Counted from the first letter of the stretch, positions 38,908 through 49,580 are shown. The stretch: 64,000 nucleotides of DNA from an uncultured Magnetococcales bacterium (GCA_963974105.1 CAXBBG010000001.1:578793-642792), one strand, 5' to 3'. Notes: generated by a model from the sequence alone, not told the origin. Numbers and translations: made by a program.

Positions 38908-39477
38908 GTGTGCATGAAACAACAGGTGTTCCTTTTTGAAAGTCAAGCAATTGAACAAGGAGAACGCCTGCGTTTTGTGAAGGGGCCGGAAGGAAGTTTA
39001 TGGTTTGACGTAGACGAAAAGGCACCGACAGAAGCCGAGGTTTTTATACCTTGCGAAAAAGACCTTCTATGTAAAGCGTTAGAGGGTAAGCTTTTTGAAG
39101 AAGCTTTGCAGGTCACTGTCCCTAGCGATATACTTGAAACAGTAACCAGCACTTTGAAGAAAAAGTTGGTTGCAAGCTTAAGCCTTGCTAAAAAAAGCGG
39201 TTTAACCGTGTTAGGGCTTGAAAAGGTAAAAGAGATTTACCACAAAGGGAACATAGCTACCGTATTTCTAGCAGGAGATGCAGGCGGCGACGTGACAAAA
39301 CGTGTCCATTCATGGGAAGTGGGCGTTTGCTCGGAACTTTTAAAAGACGAGTTGTCGCACGCCTTGGGTGGTGAAAATATTAGTTTAGTCGGCTTGTTAG
39401 ACAAGCCACAGGTAGAAAATGTAAAAGTTGCGTGGGAACGTTACCAGACATTTTTTATAGAAAATAAAATGGAGTAA
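38908..39477 (+). CDS. YlxR/DUF448-like RNA-binding protein fused to an L7Ae-like domain (between nusA and infB)
   Basis: ERLRFVKGPEGSLWFDVDEK (DUF448-like, lacking the CxxC) and a C-terminal LAKKSGLTVLGLEKVKE...VFLAGDAGGDVTKRV resembling YlxQ/L7Ae. Its position between nusA and infB is conserved. Confidence 0.6.
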   Translation: MCMKQQVFLFESQAIEQGERLRFVKGPEGSLWFDVDEKAPTEAEVFIPCEKDLLCKALEGKLFEEALQVTVPSDILETVTSTLKKKLVASLSLAKKSGLTVLGLEKVKEIYHKGNIATVFLAGDAGGDVTKRVHSWEVGVCSELLKDELSHALGGENISLVGLLDKPQVENVKVAWERYQTFFIENKME

Positions 39478-39480
39478 TGA

Positions 39481-42000
39481 ATGACTGATTCAGAGAAAAC
39501 AAAAAAAGGGACGTTGAGTCTCGGTGGTACACTTAGCTTAGGCGGTGGTACTAAGGCGTCATCGGCGCCAAAAGGTGTGTCTGTTGAAGTAAAACGTCGC
39601 CGTTTTGCTGCACCAACGCCTGCTGCTACTCCAGCCAAAGAGGTTGAACCTGAAACAGAAATGGGTCAGCGCCTCAAGGCACTTGAAAATGCGCAAAAAA
39701 ATGCTGCCGCTGAAGAAGCTGCACGCCTAGAAGCACGCAAGCAAGCCGGCACGCTGCAAAATTTTCAGACTCAAAAAGAAGAAGAGATGCGCAAGAAGGA
39801 AGCGGATCTAAAAGCAAAAGAAATTGAAAAACTTGCCGCAGAAAAAGCAAAAGAAGATACGTTGCTTAATAAAGAAGCTGAAGAGCGTGCGAAGCAAGAG
39901 CTTGCAGAGCAGCAAGCGGCTGCAACAACGGCTGAACAAAAAGGTACGAATAAGCGCTTTATTTCTGCTGATGAATTTACAGGCAAGAAAAAAGGTACAA
40001 AAACTGCTACAACTGAAGCGGCAACAACCTCTTCTAAAAAACGTGGTGGGCGTAATGCTTACAAAGAAAAATTAGAAACGCGTATGCGTACAATGTCTGG
40101 CCAACGTCGCCGTGGTGGGCGTGTGGTTACAAGCACAAATACTCAAGACAAAGTATTACGTGAAGTTACCATTTCAGACATTATTACAGTTCAAGAACTT
40201 GCCAACCGTATGACAGAAAAAGTTTCTGATGTGATTAAGAAGTTGATGATGATGGGGCAGATGGTGACACAAAACCAATCTATCGATCAAGAAACAGCAG
40301 CTCTTATTGTTGAAGAATTTGGTCATACATACAAACTTGTCAATGACAATGCCGTTGAAGATGATTTGGTGGGTGACGTAGATACTAAAAAAGAACTTAT
40401 AGAACGCCCTCCAGTTGTGACTGTTATGGGTCACGTTGACCATGGTAAAACATCTTTATTGGATGCTTTGCGTAAAACGCACGTTGCCGACGGTGAAGCT
40501 GGTGGTATTACACAGCACATTGGTGCTTACCAAGTTAAAACAGAATCTGGCCGTATGATTACGTTTCTAGACACACCAGGACACGAGGCGTTTACGTCGA
40601 TGCGTGCACGTGGTGCGTCTGTTACAGATATTGTCATTCTAATTGTTGCTGCTGATGATGGTATTATGCCGCAAACAGTTGAAGCAATACGTCATGCTAA
40701 AGCTGCAGAAGTGCCAATTATTGTTGCTATCAACAAATGTGATAAGCCCGCTGCTGATCCAAGCCGTGTGCGCCAAGAGCTTTTAAGCCATGACCTTATT
40801 CCAGAAGAATTTGGTGGTGACATTGTTTGTGTTGAAATTTCTGCTAAAGCAGGGACAGGGCTTGATACGTTGGAAGAAATGATCCTTCTACAAGCTGATG
40901 TACTTGAATTATCAGCGAACCCTGAACGTCGTGCTGACGGTGTGGTTGTTGAATCTCGCCTTGATAAAGGTCGCGGTCCAATTGCCTCTGTTATTATTTC
41001 TCGTGGTACGCTAAAAGTAGGTGACGTGTTTGTTGCTGGTTCTATTTGGGGACGTGTACGTGCTATGATGGATGATAAAGGGAACCGCTTGACAGAAGCT
41101 GGTCCTGCAACACCTGTCGAAATTCAAGGTCTACAAAGTGTTTGTGACGCTGGTGATACATTCCAGGTTGCAACAAGTGACAAGCGTGCGCGTGAAGTTG
41201 CGGCTTTCCGTTCTCAGAAAAAACGTGAAAAAGTGGCTATGTCTCATGCTAAAACCTCACTGGACTCTATCTTTAGTAAAATTGCTGAAGGTGAAGTTGT
41301 CAAACTTTCTGTTGTTGTTAAAGGTGACGTTCAAGGGTCTGTAGAAGCGATTACAGATTCATTGAGTAAACTTGCAACGGAAGAAGTTAAAGTACAAGTG
41401 ATTCATAGCGCTGTTGGTGTGATTACCGAAAACGATGTGAACTTAGCTTCTGCTTCTGATGCCTTAATACTTGGCTTTAACGTGCGTGCCAATGCGCAAG
41501 CGCGTACAGCAGCGGAACGTGACGGTATTGAAGTACGTTACTATAGCGTTATTTACAGCCTTGTAGACGACGTGAAAGCGGCGCTTACAGGTCTACTATC
41601 TCCTGACTTTGAAGAGAAGGTAACAGGCCGTGCTGAAATTCGTCAGGTGATGTTGATCAACAAGCTCAAGATCTTTGGTGCCTTTGTAACTGACGGTAAG
41701 TTGGTACGTAACGGTAAAATCCGTCTTCTACGTGAAGGTGTGGTTTACCATGAAGGTTCTCTAGACAGCTTGCGTCGTTTCAAAGATGATGTGAAAGAAG
41801 TGACTGAGAAGTACGAATGTGGTCTAACGTTTGACGGTGGATTCTCTGAAGTGCTTGAAGGTGATGAGATTGAAACATACGAAATGATTGAAATCAAACG
41901 TACACTTGAAGACGTTAAAAAAGCTGAAAAAGAAAAGGCTCGCCTAGCAAAAATTGCTAAGGAAGAAGCTGAAATGGAAGCAGCTATGGAAGACGAATAA
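39481..42000 (+). CDS. infB: translation initiation factor IF-2
   Basis: G-domain [24 protein letters not shown] and NKCDK, plus the conserved C-terminal beta-barrels. Confidence 0.97.
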   Translation: MTDSEKTKKGTLSLGGTLSLGGGTKASSAPKGVSVEVKRRRFAAPTPAATPAKEVEPETEMGQRLKALENAQKNAAAEEAARLEARKQAGTLQNFQTQKEEEMRKKEADLKAKEIEKLAAEKAKEDTLLNKEAEERAKQELAEQQAAATTAEQKGTNKRFISADEFTGKKKGTKTATTEAATTSSKKRGGRNAYKEKLETRMRTMSGQRRRGGRVVTSTNTQDKVLREVTISDIITVQELANRMTEKVSDVIKKLMMMGQMVTQNQSIDQETAALIVEEFGHTYKLVNDNAVEDDLVGDVDTKKELIERPPVVTVMGHVDHGKTSLLDALRKTHVADGEAGGITQHIGAYQVKTESGRMITFLDTPGHEAFTSMRARGASVTDIVILIVAADDGIMPQTVEAIRHAKAAEVPIIVAINKCDKPAADPSRVRQELLSHDLIPEEFGGDIVCVEISAKAGTGLDTLEEMILLQADVLELSANPERRADGVVVESRLDKGRGPIASVIISRGTLKVGDVFVAGSIWGRVRAMMDDKGNRLTEAGPATPVEIQGLQSVCDAGDTFQVATSDKRAREVAAFRSQKKREKVAMSHAKTSLDSIFSKIAEGEVVKLSVVVKGDVQGSVEAITDSLSKLATEEVKVQVIHSAVGVITENDVNLASASDALILGFNVRANAQARTAAERDGIEVRYYSVIYSLVDDVKAALTGLLSPDFEEKVTGRAEIRQVMLINKLKIFGAFVTDGKLVRNGKIRLLREGVVYHEGSLDSLRRFKDDVKEVTEKYECGLTFDGGFSEVLEGDEIETYEMIEIKRTLEDVKKAEKEKARLAKIAKEEAEMEAAMEDE

Positions 42001-42021
42001 ATTTATCTTCGTAAATTTAGC

Positions 42022-42052
42022 GACAGGCGTCTTTGGGCGCCTGTTTTATTTT
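42022..42052 (+). terminator. rho-independent terminator after infB
   Basis: ACAGGCG...CGCCTGT hairpin followed by a TTTTATTTT tract. Confidence 0.7.
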
Positions 42053-42187
42053 GATGGGCACGTTGGTTTGGGTTTGTCATATGCCTATCCATAAAAAAAT
42101 AGCAGATGTACGTAAGTTTGGCTTGTAATGTGCATACAATCTACTATATATATAAAGAATATATGAAATTTAAAAGGTAAATTTGTC

Positions 42188-42559
42188 ATGAAACAAATGT
42201 CTATGCGACAAAAAAGAGTAGCCGAGCAACTACGTGAAGCAATTGCACAATCTATTGCGCGCGGTGGTTTTAAAAGCCACTTGATCGATAATCTGATCAA
42301 TATTCCATATGTGTGGATAAGCCCAGACTTGCGCAATGCACGTGTTTACTTTACGTCGCTACAAAACCTTGACTCGGCTGCAACTAAAGAAGTGGCAAAA
42401 GCGATGAATGCAGAAGCTTTCCGTTTCCAACAAGATATTGCATCCTTTAACCGTAAAAACACACCTAAGTTGAAGTTTTACGCCGATGATGATGCCGAGC
42501 GCACAACAAAGATCGAAGAAATTTTTACACACATTACAAAGGCAGAAGTACACGCTTAA
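42188..42559 (+). CDS. rbfA: ribosome-binding factor A
   Basis: RQKRVAEQLREAIAQ KH-like RbfA N-terminus; size 123 aa. Confidence 0.9.
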   Translation: MKQMSMRQKRVAEQLREAIAQSIARGGFKSHLIDNLINIPYVWISPDLRNARVYFTSLQNLDSAATKEVAKAMNAEAFRFQQDIASFNRKNTPKLKFYADDDAERTTKIEEIFTHITKAEVHA

Positions 42560-42873
42560 TGTTTCGCACCTTAATACTTTTACTAACCGTTTTTTCCGTG
42601 CCTGCATGGGCAGGGGTGGTGGACTGCCCTGAATCTACCGACCTTGAAAATCGCGACTGGACAGCCTGTGCTTTTGACTATGACTGCATGTTGGTGGAAG
42701 ATGCCTGTAAATTTAAAGCGCCTGTGAATACAGAATTTTCAGAAATTGCAAAGTGTACTTACCGTAAGATGGAAGAAAATGGCACGCTATGTATGATGAT
42801 GCTTCAGCCTGCGGTGGAAAAAGCTGAATGTGATGTAAAAACGAAGCATTGTAAATTGGTTTACAAAAAATAA
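42559..42873 (+). CDS. small Cys-rich hypothetical exported protein
   Basis: The ATG overlaps the rbfA stop (TAATG). Signal peptide MFRTLILLLTVFSVPAWAG, with 9 Cys in a mature part of about 85 aa. Confidence 0.55.
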   Translation: MFRTLILLLTVFSVPAWAGVVDCPESTDLENRDWTACAFDYDCMLVEDACKFKAPVNTEFSEIAKCTYRKMEENGTLCMMMLQPAVEKAECDVKTKHCKLVYKK

Positions 42874-42931
42874 TTCTCATTATGTAGAAAAGAGCGCATA
42901 AATATGTGCTTTTTTCTATTTATTATAAAGG

Positions 42932-43867
42932 TTGAATATGGCACGCACTAAAAAAGGAAATCACGTACACGGGTTCTTAAATTTTTATAAACCTGTGGGC
43001 ATGTCGTCGAATCAGGCAGTTGGTTTTGTGCGTCGTATTTTTAACGCTCAGAAGGCGGGGCACGGCGGCACGCTCGACCCACTTGCCGAAGGTATTTTGC
43101 CTATTGCGCTGGGTGAAGCCACTAAAATGCTTTCTTACATGCTCACAGAAAACAAATACTATCAGTTTGAAATGACCTTTGGCACCGAAACCGCCAGCGA
43201 TGATGCGGAAGGTGAGGTGGTGCATACGTCACCTAAACGCCCAAGTCAGCTGCAATTGGAAGAGGTTCTTAAAAAGTTTGAAGGTGAAATTGAGCAAATT
43301 CCACCTGTTTACAGTGCCTTAAAAATTAATGGCAAGCGTGCGTGTGACCGTGTACGTGCAGGCGAAGAGGTTGAAATGAAGCCACGCCAAGTAACCATTC
43401 ACACTATTGTTATCGATAGTTTTACGCCCGAAAAAGCAATGTTAAGCGTGCATGTTTCAAAAGGCACTTATGTGCGCTCACTTTGTCATGACATAGGGCG
43501 CGCACTTGGGTGTTATGCTTATGTGACGCGTTTAATCCGCACGCAAGTGCCGCCATTTGATATAAATGAAGCTGTTACAAAAGAAATGCTTGATTTATGT
43601 GCAGAAATGGGGCAAAGTGCGACAACTCATTTATTGGATGTTGACCACGTACTGGCCGATATCCCGGTATATACCGCATCTGATAATGAAGTGCAGACCG
43701 TACTGCGTGGTATGCCATTGAACAATATTCAATGTGCAACTGGCACGGTTCGGGTGAAAACAGAGGTTGGTGAATTAGCTTCGTTGGCAGAATTTGATGG
43801 TCAAACATTAAAGCCAAAGAAGAATTTTCCACTACTTATAAATGATATCGTAAACAAGGAAATATAA
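42932..43867 (+). CDS. truB: tRNA pseudouridine(55) synthase
   Basis: GHGGTLDPLAEGILPIALGEATK catalytic Asp motif. Confidence 0.95.
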   Translation: MNMARTKKGNHVHGFLNFYKPVGMSSNQAVGFVRRIFNAQKAGHGGTLDPLAEGILPIALGEATKMLSYMLTENKYYQFEMTFGTETASDDAEGEVVHTSPKRPSQLQLEEVLKKFEGEIEQIPPVYSALKINGKRACDRVRAGEEVEMKPRQVTIHTIVIDSFTPEKAMLSVHVSKGTYVRSLCHDIGRALGCYAYVTRLIRTQVPPFDINEAVTKEMLDLCAEMGQSATTHLLDVDHVLADIPVYTASDNEVQTVLRGMPLNNIQCATGTVRVKTEVGELASLAEFDGQTLKPKKNFPLLINDIVNKEI

Positions 43868-43870
43868 AAT

Positions 43871-44140
43871 ATGTCTATTACAGCGACAAAAAAAGCAGAA
43901 CTTATTAAAAAATTCGCACGCAGCGAAGGTGATGTTGGTTCTCCAGAAGTTCAAGTTGCGGTTCTATCTGAACGCATCAAAAACCTAACAGAACACTTCA
44001 AAACACACAAGCAAGACAACCACTCACGTCGTGGTTTGATCGCAATGGTGAACACACGCCGTAAACTACTTTCTTACGTTAAAGGTAAAGAAGTTTCACG
44101 TTACACTGCGCTTATTAAAGAACTTGGCCTACGTAAGTAA
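43871..44140 (+). CDS. rpsO: 30S ribosomal protein S15
   Basis: 89 aa; [34 protein letters not shown]. Confidence 0.95.
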   Translation: MSITATKKAELIKKFARSEGDVGSPEVQVAVLSERIKNLTEHFKTHKQDNHSRRGLIAMVNTRRKLLSYVKGKEVSRYTALIKELGLRK

Positions 44141-44154
44141 TTCAAGCCTTCTTA

Positions 44155-44186
44155 TAAAAAAAGCACCTTCGGGTGCTTTTTTTTAT
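44155..44186. terminator. bidirectional intrinsic terminator between rpsO (+) and a hypothetical gene (-)
   Basis: AGCACC-TTCG-GGTGCT hairpin flanked by A7 and T8. Confidence 0.8.
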
Positions 44187-44209
44187 TCATAAAATGAGGG
44201 TGGATTTAA

Positions 44210-45154
44210 TTACAACTGATTGGCGCTGTAGGCGTCTATCATGCGCTGGGCTTCTATCATTGTACGTGACGACGAACTATAGCTTTGCTCAGAACTTGCT
44301 GATGTGAAAATATTCGACGTACTGGCTTTTTTGCCGTTTAGAATTTGAATAAAATTCAAAGATGTTTGCTGTGCCATTTGGCGCATTTTTTCTGCCACGC
44401 CATTGCTGCCATTTTTTTCAATAATAAGATCGAGTTCTTGCAGTAAAGCGTTCACGTTGGATTGTTCGTCTTCATCAAGTGTTTTGGCAGGGTTTAAGGC
44501 AGCGTGCTCATTAAAAATTTTGTCAATTTCAAGGCTTAGGTTTGTCGCTGCCTTCATTTGAGCGTCGCTTAACTTATCATCTTCAATACCTTTGGTAACC
44601 TCAGCAAGGTTTATAAATAAATTACTTACCTCTTTAAGCTGTTCATTGCTTAAGCCTTGTAAGCTGTGGTTGGCAAACTTATCGCCGCTTGTAAGCATGC
44701 CGTCAAGCTCAGCCGTTATGTCGTTGATACGGGTTTGGTCTTCGGTAGTGATTTCTTCTTGGCTTAATAGGGTGTTAAGTTCATGCATTAAAGTATCGGC
44801 CACGGGGCGGTTTTGTGCGCCCAAAAATAAGTAGCTTTCAGACGTTTCAACTAAATTATAACCGTGTAATACGTCTAGTTTTTCAGCGATTTCTGAAATG
44901 CGGTTTTTGTCATTTTGTGAGAAATTTACATTACCGAGTTGTTTTTCGATGTAGCGTAGTTCTTCTGTGATGCTATCAATTTTTTCGAGCGTTTGGCGTG
45001 CCTCTGGCGAAATAGAAACGTTGACGCTGTCACCGTCAGAATTTTGAACGACCACTGCACTTTGCGCGCTTGCGTCTTTACCATTGAGGCGGTTAAATAG
45101 GTGGCTTGATGCCCCGTTGTTTAAAACGCCGTAATTATTAATTGTGTTTGCCAT
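44210..45154 (-). CDS. hypothetical protein (Asn/Ser/Gln-rich, predicted coiled-coil, no signal peptide)
   Basis: 314-aa ORF inserted between rpsO and pnp on the opposite strand. I recognise no domain. Confidence 0.6.
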   Translation of the reverse strand: MANTINNYGVLNNGASSHLFNRLNGKDASAQSAVVVQNSDGDSVNVSISPEARQTLEKIDSITEELRYIEKQLGNVNFSQNDKNRISEIAEKLDVLHGYNLVETSESYLFLGAQNRPVADTLMHELNTLLSQEEITTEDQTRINDITAELDGMLTSGDKFANHSLQGLSNEQLKEVSNLFINLAEVTKGIEDDKLSDAQMKAATNLSLEIDKIFNEHAALNPAKTLDEDEQSNVNALLQELDLIIEKNGSNGVAEKMRQMAQQTSLNFIQILNGKKASTSNIFTSASSEQSYSSSSRTMIEAQRMIDAYSANQL

Positions 45155-45230
45155 AGTTTTTCCTCGCTTTTACTTATGTGTTGATATAAGCAAAAAACGC
45201 GCCAAAACATGTAGTTGAATCTCTTTAAAG

Positions 45231-45260
45231 CAAAAAAAAGAACCCCGCAAGCAGGGTTCA
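45231..45260 (-). terminator. rho-independent terminator (minus strand) after the acidic hypothetical gene
   Basis: GAACCC-TGCTTGCG-GGGTTC hairpin, followed on the minus strand by U8. Confidence 0.7.
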
Positions 45261-45279
45261 TTGTTCGATATTCAAAAAT

Positions 45280-45873
45280 TTACGACTCGTAAGGGTCGTA
45301 ATCTTCGGGTATAGCTTGGCAAACGTCGGCTGTGTGCTGACGTTGTGTTAACCGCGCAACCGCACCTTTACACTTGTACCAAGTCCGAATTTTAGTATCG
45401 GGTTTGGGGGCTGTATAGGCGTTTTTATCGGTGCTATAAAGGCATTCTAAAATATCTTCATCCTCAAATTCACTGTCATTATCGGCGTAAAATTCGGCAT
45501 CAAATGCTTCTTCTAAAGCGGTCTGATTTTGCTTATGCGCCTGATATTCAGCAATTGAACGGTAAGCGTCAACGCTTGTGTATTCAGTGGATGTGTCATC
45601 ATTTGAAGATGCAATACCCTCAAATTCTTCTACACCTTCACAAACAGAAGGGGCAAGACCCGCTTTATACGCTATGATTGTGTTTATATAGGTTTCATCA
45701 TAGTCGTGCCACTGGGCGCTTTTCTTTTGTTCGCCGCGCCCTGTAGGGTGCTTTGAACGCGCACGTTTTAAAATTGATGGTTTAGGTGAACCTGTCATCA
45801 CTTCTTCTAAAACGAAGTCTGAAAGCTCAGTAGCTTGCATGATTGAAGAGTCTAGAAAGTTTAAAGTCGTCAT
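45280..45873 (-). CDS. hypothetical acidic protein
   Basis: 197-aa ORF with Asp/Glu-rich segments and its own terminator. No recognisable domain. Confidence 0.55.
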   Translation of the reverse strand: MTTLNFLDSSIMQATELSDFVLEEVMTGSPKPSILKRARSKHPTGRGEQKKSAQWHDYDETYINTIIAYKAGLAPSVCEGVEEFEGIASSNDDTSTEYTSVDAYRSIAEYQAHKQNQTALEEAFDAEFYADNDSEFEDEDILECLYSTDKNAYTAPKPDTKIRTWYKCKGAVARLTQRQHTADVCQAIPEDYDPYES

Positions 45874-46226
45874 AATAATCTCCTGTTATGACAAGAGTGA
45901 CTTTTAAAAAGGCAGCCGATGTGGCCACAATTTTTGAAGCCACACAGATGTGTTTAAGTTAATTATTTATGGATATGCCCTATAGATGCTGTATAAAAAA
46001 ACTGACAAACCCCATTCCGACAACATTTTTATGCGCTTTATGAGCCTTAAATGCGTTGGGGGGCTTGAATTATGACTTTTCATTTCTATCTATTCCCTGT
46101 ATAAAGAAGGTTATACAAAAATAAATCTCTTTTCTGGAAAGAGTTTCTTTTAAAGGTCTTGAAAATCAGGGTTTTTAAATGAAGCGCTTTTCTTGCGGAA
46201 AAGAGCCAAACATATAAGGAAATAAA

Positions 46227-48428
46227 ATGTTTAAAATTTTTAAGAAAGAAATGGAATGGGGCGGTCGTCCTTTAACAATTGAAACGGGTAAACTTGCACG
46301 CCAAGCTGATGGCGCTGTGATGATTACTTACGGTGGTACACAGGTTCTCGCAACAGCATGTTTTGCAACAAAAGCAAAACCTGGTCAAGACTTCTTCCCA
46401 CTTACAGTAAACTACCAAGAAAAATTCTACGCTGGTGGTAAAATCCCTGGTGGTTTCTTCCGTCGTGAAGGTCGTCCTACTGAGAAAGAAACACTTACTT
46501 CTCGCCTTATTGACCGTCCAATCCGCCCACTATTCCCAGCTGGATTTAAAAACGAAACACAAATCGTTTTAACAGTTATGTCATCTGACGGCGAAAACGA
46601 CAGCATTATCCCATCATTGATTGGTGCTTCTGCTGCTTTAACGCTTTCTGGCGCACCATTTATGGGTCCAATTGCAGCTGCCGCTGTAGGTTATAAAAAC
46701 GGTGAGTACATTCTAAACCCAACTATGGAACAAGAACTTGACACAGAACTTAAACTTACTGTTGCTGGTACATCTGAAGGTGTAACAATGGTTGAGTCTG
46801 AAGCTTCTGAATTAAGCGAAGAAGTTATGCTTGGCGCGGTTATGTTCGCTAAAGAATCTTTCCAGCCTGTTATTGAAGCAATTATTGAATTGGCTGAAGC
46901 TTGTGCGAAGCCTGGTTTTGAATTTGAAGTGCCAGACAACTCTGAACTTCTAGAAAAACTAACAACTGCTTACGCTGCGGACGTTAAGGCGGCTTACAGC
47001 CACAACGAAAAGTGGGACCGTAAAAACGCAATGAGCGCTGTGAAGGAAAAAGCGCTTGAAGAATTTGCAGGCGAAGAATCTGAATACTCAGCAGACCTTG
47101 TAAAAGCAATTATTAAAGAAGTTGAAGCAAACACACTACGTCAGTCTATCCTTAAAGATAAAATACGTATTGGTGGTCGTACATCAACTGAAATTCGTCC
47201 TATCTTGTGTGAAACAGATATTCTTAACCGCGCACACGGTTCTGCATTGTTTACACGTGGCGAAACACAAGCGATTGCGATTACAACACTTGGTACAGGC
47301 CGCGACGAACAAATGATTGACGCTATTGAAGGCGAATACAAAGACAACTTCATGCTACACTACAACTTCCCTCCATACTCTGTAGGTGAAGCGGGTCGCA
47401 TGGGTGGTACTTCACGTCGTGAATACGGTCATGGTATGCTTGCACGTCGTGCGTTAACAGCTATGCTTCCATCACGCGAAGAATGGCCATACACAACACG
47501 TGTTGTTGCTGAAATTCTTTCATGTAACGGTTCATCTTCTATGGCAACAGTATGTTCATCATCAATGTCATTGATGGCTGCAGGTGTACCAATGGTACGT
47601 CCAGTTGCTGGTATCGCTATGGGTCTTATTAAAGAAGGCGACGATTTTGCCATTCTTTCTGACATTTTGGGCGATGAAGATGCTTTAGGTGATATGGACT
47701 TTAAAGTATGTGGTACAGAAAAAGGTATTACAGCACTTCAAATGGATATTAAGATTACATCTATCAATAAAGCGATTATGGAACAAGCTTTGGCGCAAGC
47801 TAAAGACGGCCGTATTCACATTCTTGGTAAAATGGCTGAAGCGATTTCAACATCACGTGATGGCGTTTCTGATACAGCACCACAAATGCACACAATTATG
47901 ATTCCGGTTGATAAAATCCGCGAAGTAATTGGTACAGGTGGTAAAGTTATCCGCGGTATTATTGAAGAAACAGGTGCTGGTGTTGACATTGAAGACGATG
48001 GTACATGCCGCGTTTCTTCTGCTGACCGTACATCTCTACAAGCTGCTGTCGATATGATTGAAGGTATCTTGGCTGTTGCTGAAGTAGGTAAAAACTATAC
48101 AAGTAAAATTGTACGTATTACTGACTTTGGTGCCTTTGTTGCGATTCTTCCAAACCAAGATGGTTTGGTACACATCAGCGAAATCTGTAACGTGCGCCTA
48201 GGTGCAGTTGACAGTGTTCTTGCTGAAGGTGACGAAGTAACAGTGAACTGCCTAGAAGTTGATGAGCGCGGTAAAGTGCGCCTAACAATGAAAGGCATTG
48301 ATCAAAACGAAACAGTTGCTGCTAAAATTACAGCTGCTGAAGAAGGTGGAGATCAGCCACGTCAAGCGAAGAAAGAAGACGACAAGAAGGGTGGCCGTAA
48401 CGACCGCCGTCCACGTCGCAGTGCATAA
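46227..48428 (+). CDS. pnp: polyribonucleotide nucleotidyltransferase (PNPase)
   Basis: Two RNase PH domains, then KH and S1 domains, and a Lys/Arg-rich C-terminus. Confidence 0.97.
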   Translation: MFKIFKKEMEWGGRPLTIETGKLARQADGAVMITYGGTQVLATACFATKAKPGQDFFPLTVNYQEKFYAGGKIPGGFFRREGRPTEKETLTSRLIDRPIRPLFPAGFKNETQIVLTVMSSDGENDSIIPSLIGASAALTLSGAPFMGPIAAAAVGYKNGEYILNPTMEQELDTELKLTVAGTSEGVTMVESEASELSEEVMLGAVMFAKESFQPVIEAIIELAEACAKPGFEFEVPDNSELLEKLTTAYAADVKAAYSHNEKWDRKNAMSAVKEKALEEFAGEESEYSADLVKAIIKEVEANTLRQSILKDKIRIGGRTSTEIRPILCETDILNRAHGSALFTRGETQAIAITTLGTGRDEQMIDAIEGEYKDNFMLHYNFPPYSVGEAGRMGGTSRREYGHGMLARRALTAMLPSREEWPYTTRVVAEILSCNGSSSMATVCSSSMSLMAAGVPMVRPVAGIAMGLIKEGDDFAILSDILGDEDALGDMDFKVCGTEKGITALQMDIKITSINKAIMEQALAQAKDGRIHILGKMAEAISTSRDGVSDTAPQMHTIMIPVDKIREVIGTGGKVIRGIIEETGAGVDIEDDGTCRVSSADRTSLQAAVDMIEGILAVAEVGKNYTSKIVRITDFGAFVAILPNQDGLVHISEICNVRLGAVDSVLAEGDEVTVNCLEVDERGKVRLTMKGIDQNETVAAKITAAEEGGDQPRQAKKEDDKKGGRNDRRPRRSA

Positions 48429-48445
48429 CTTTTAGTTATATGGGA

Positions 48446-48476
48446 AAGGGCACCTTTGGGTGTCCTTTTTCGTTTT
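48446..48476 (+). terminator. rho-independent terminator after pnp
   Basis: GGGCACC-TTTG-GGTGTCC hairpin (one G-U pair) followed by a T-rich tract. Confidence 0.65.
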
Positions 48477-48582
48477 ATCAAGTTGTCACTACCTAAATAT
48501 GGTAGCTCCATTTGTCGCACCAAAAAATTACAGCCCAAAATCACCCTTTCTTTCGGTGCACCTGAAAAAAAAAGGGGGCGGT

Positions 48583-48614
48583 ACAAAAAAAGCCTCACAA
48601 AAGTGAGGCTTTTT
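48583..48614 (-). terminator. minus-strand intrinsic terminator downstream of a small membrane ORF
   Basis: AGCCTCAC-AAAA-GTGAGGCT hairpin with an A7 run on the plus strand, which is U7 on the minus strand. Confidence 0.55.
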
Positions 48615-48624
48615 GTATCGCACA

Positions 48625-48834
48625 TTAAAATGTGAAATACATCGCTAATAAAGAAAGGCAAGGTGTTAAACAAAGAAGTTTCACTGCCATATTTCTTGAA
48701 TCATCATCTAATGACGGTCTTAAAGCTATAATAGCTTGAATACATAGGGCAATAACCACAGGTATGGCTAAGGCTTTAAATGTAACAATCATACAAACGA
48801 AAGATAAAGCGGCGAAAAATTTTAATAAAAACAT
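48625..48834 (-). CDS. possible small two-TM membrane protein (69 aa)
   Basis: Internal ATG with SD CCAAGGAAC 5 nt upstream. The product MFLLKFFAALSFVCMIVTFKALAIPVVIALCIQAIIAL is hydrophobic. The gene is followed by its own terminator, but there is no homology support. Confidence 0.35.
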   Translation of the reverse strand: MFLLKFFAALSFVCMIVTFKALAIPVVIALCIQAIIALRPSLDDDSRNMAVKLLCLTPCLSLLAMYFTF

Positions 48835-49124
48835 AAAAGTTCCTTGGTTGGATTTTGCCGTGCTTAAAAAAATCCACAATGTGAATCAATTTATAAAACG
48901 GTAACACCAAAATGGTGGGTGGGTATCTATATACTTATAGGTCGGGGAAAAAATGGTTTATAGGTTATGGAAGTACCTGTTCGCCACAGGTGGTTCAATT
49001 CCTTGGAATTATATACATCATTCCAAGTGTATGCCGCTATAATTCGCTTTTAATTCGCCTTATTTTACTGACAAGGGTTAGGTTTGCATGGTTTACTGTG
49101 TCAGTTTTTGCTAAAAATTAGAGG

Positions 49125-49580
49125 CTAAACAGGTAATCTCATCACGATGGCGTCTTCTTTTTCACCTGTGAGCTCGTTGACGTAATAGTTTTTACGCAAA
49201 CCTTCTTTGGTTGCACCAAAGCTAACGTATAAGTTTACAGCCGCCACATTGGTAGGGCGCACCTCTAAAAATAATTCTTTTATACCACGTACTGAAGCCT
49301 CTTTTAAAAGATGGATTAAACAGTCTCTACCTAAGCCTCGGCCTCGAAATTCAGGGATAATGCCAATGGTTAAAAGGTCACCTTGTCGCCCCGCGACTGA
49401 AACCAGATTATACCCAATAGGGCGCTTATCAGCGAGTGCTATAAAACCAAAAACATAAGGGGTTTTCATTAACGAAACCAGCATATCTTCGCTAAAAACT
49501 TCGCTATCAAAACAGGCACCGTCTAGGGCTGCCATAAGGCTTGCATATTCAAGAGTGGCCGGCGTAAATGATAAAATCAC
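49125..49580 (-). CDS. rimI: ribosomal-protein-alanine N-acetyltransferase (GNAT)
   Basis: GNAT motif A (GRQGDLLTIGIIPEFRGRGLGRDCL). It is coupled to tsaB by an ATGA overlap, which is conserved tsaB-rimI linkage. Confidence 0.85.
   Translation of the reverse strand: MILSFTPATLEYASLMAALDGACFDSEVFSEDMLVSLMKTPYVFGFIALADKRPIGYNLVSVAGRQGDLLTIGIIPEFRGRGLGRDCLIHLLKEASVRGIKELFLEVRPTNVAAVNLYVSFGATKEGLRKNYYVNELTGEKEDAIVMRLPV

Noticed and set aside
48362-48673. 103-aa minus-strand ORF overlapping the pnp 3' end and terminator
   Set aside because: It overlaps the pnp coding sequence and its terminator hairpin. No translation signals.
48990-49006. GGTGGTTCAATTCC resembling a tRNA T-arm
   Set aside because: Flanking sequence cannot form an acceptor stem or D-arm. 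The adjacent ACCTG-TTCGCCA-CAGGT stem-loop has a pyrimidine at position 37 and no consistent cloverleaf on either strand.
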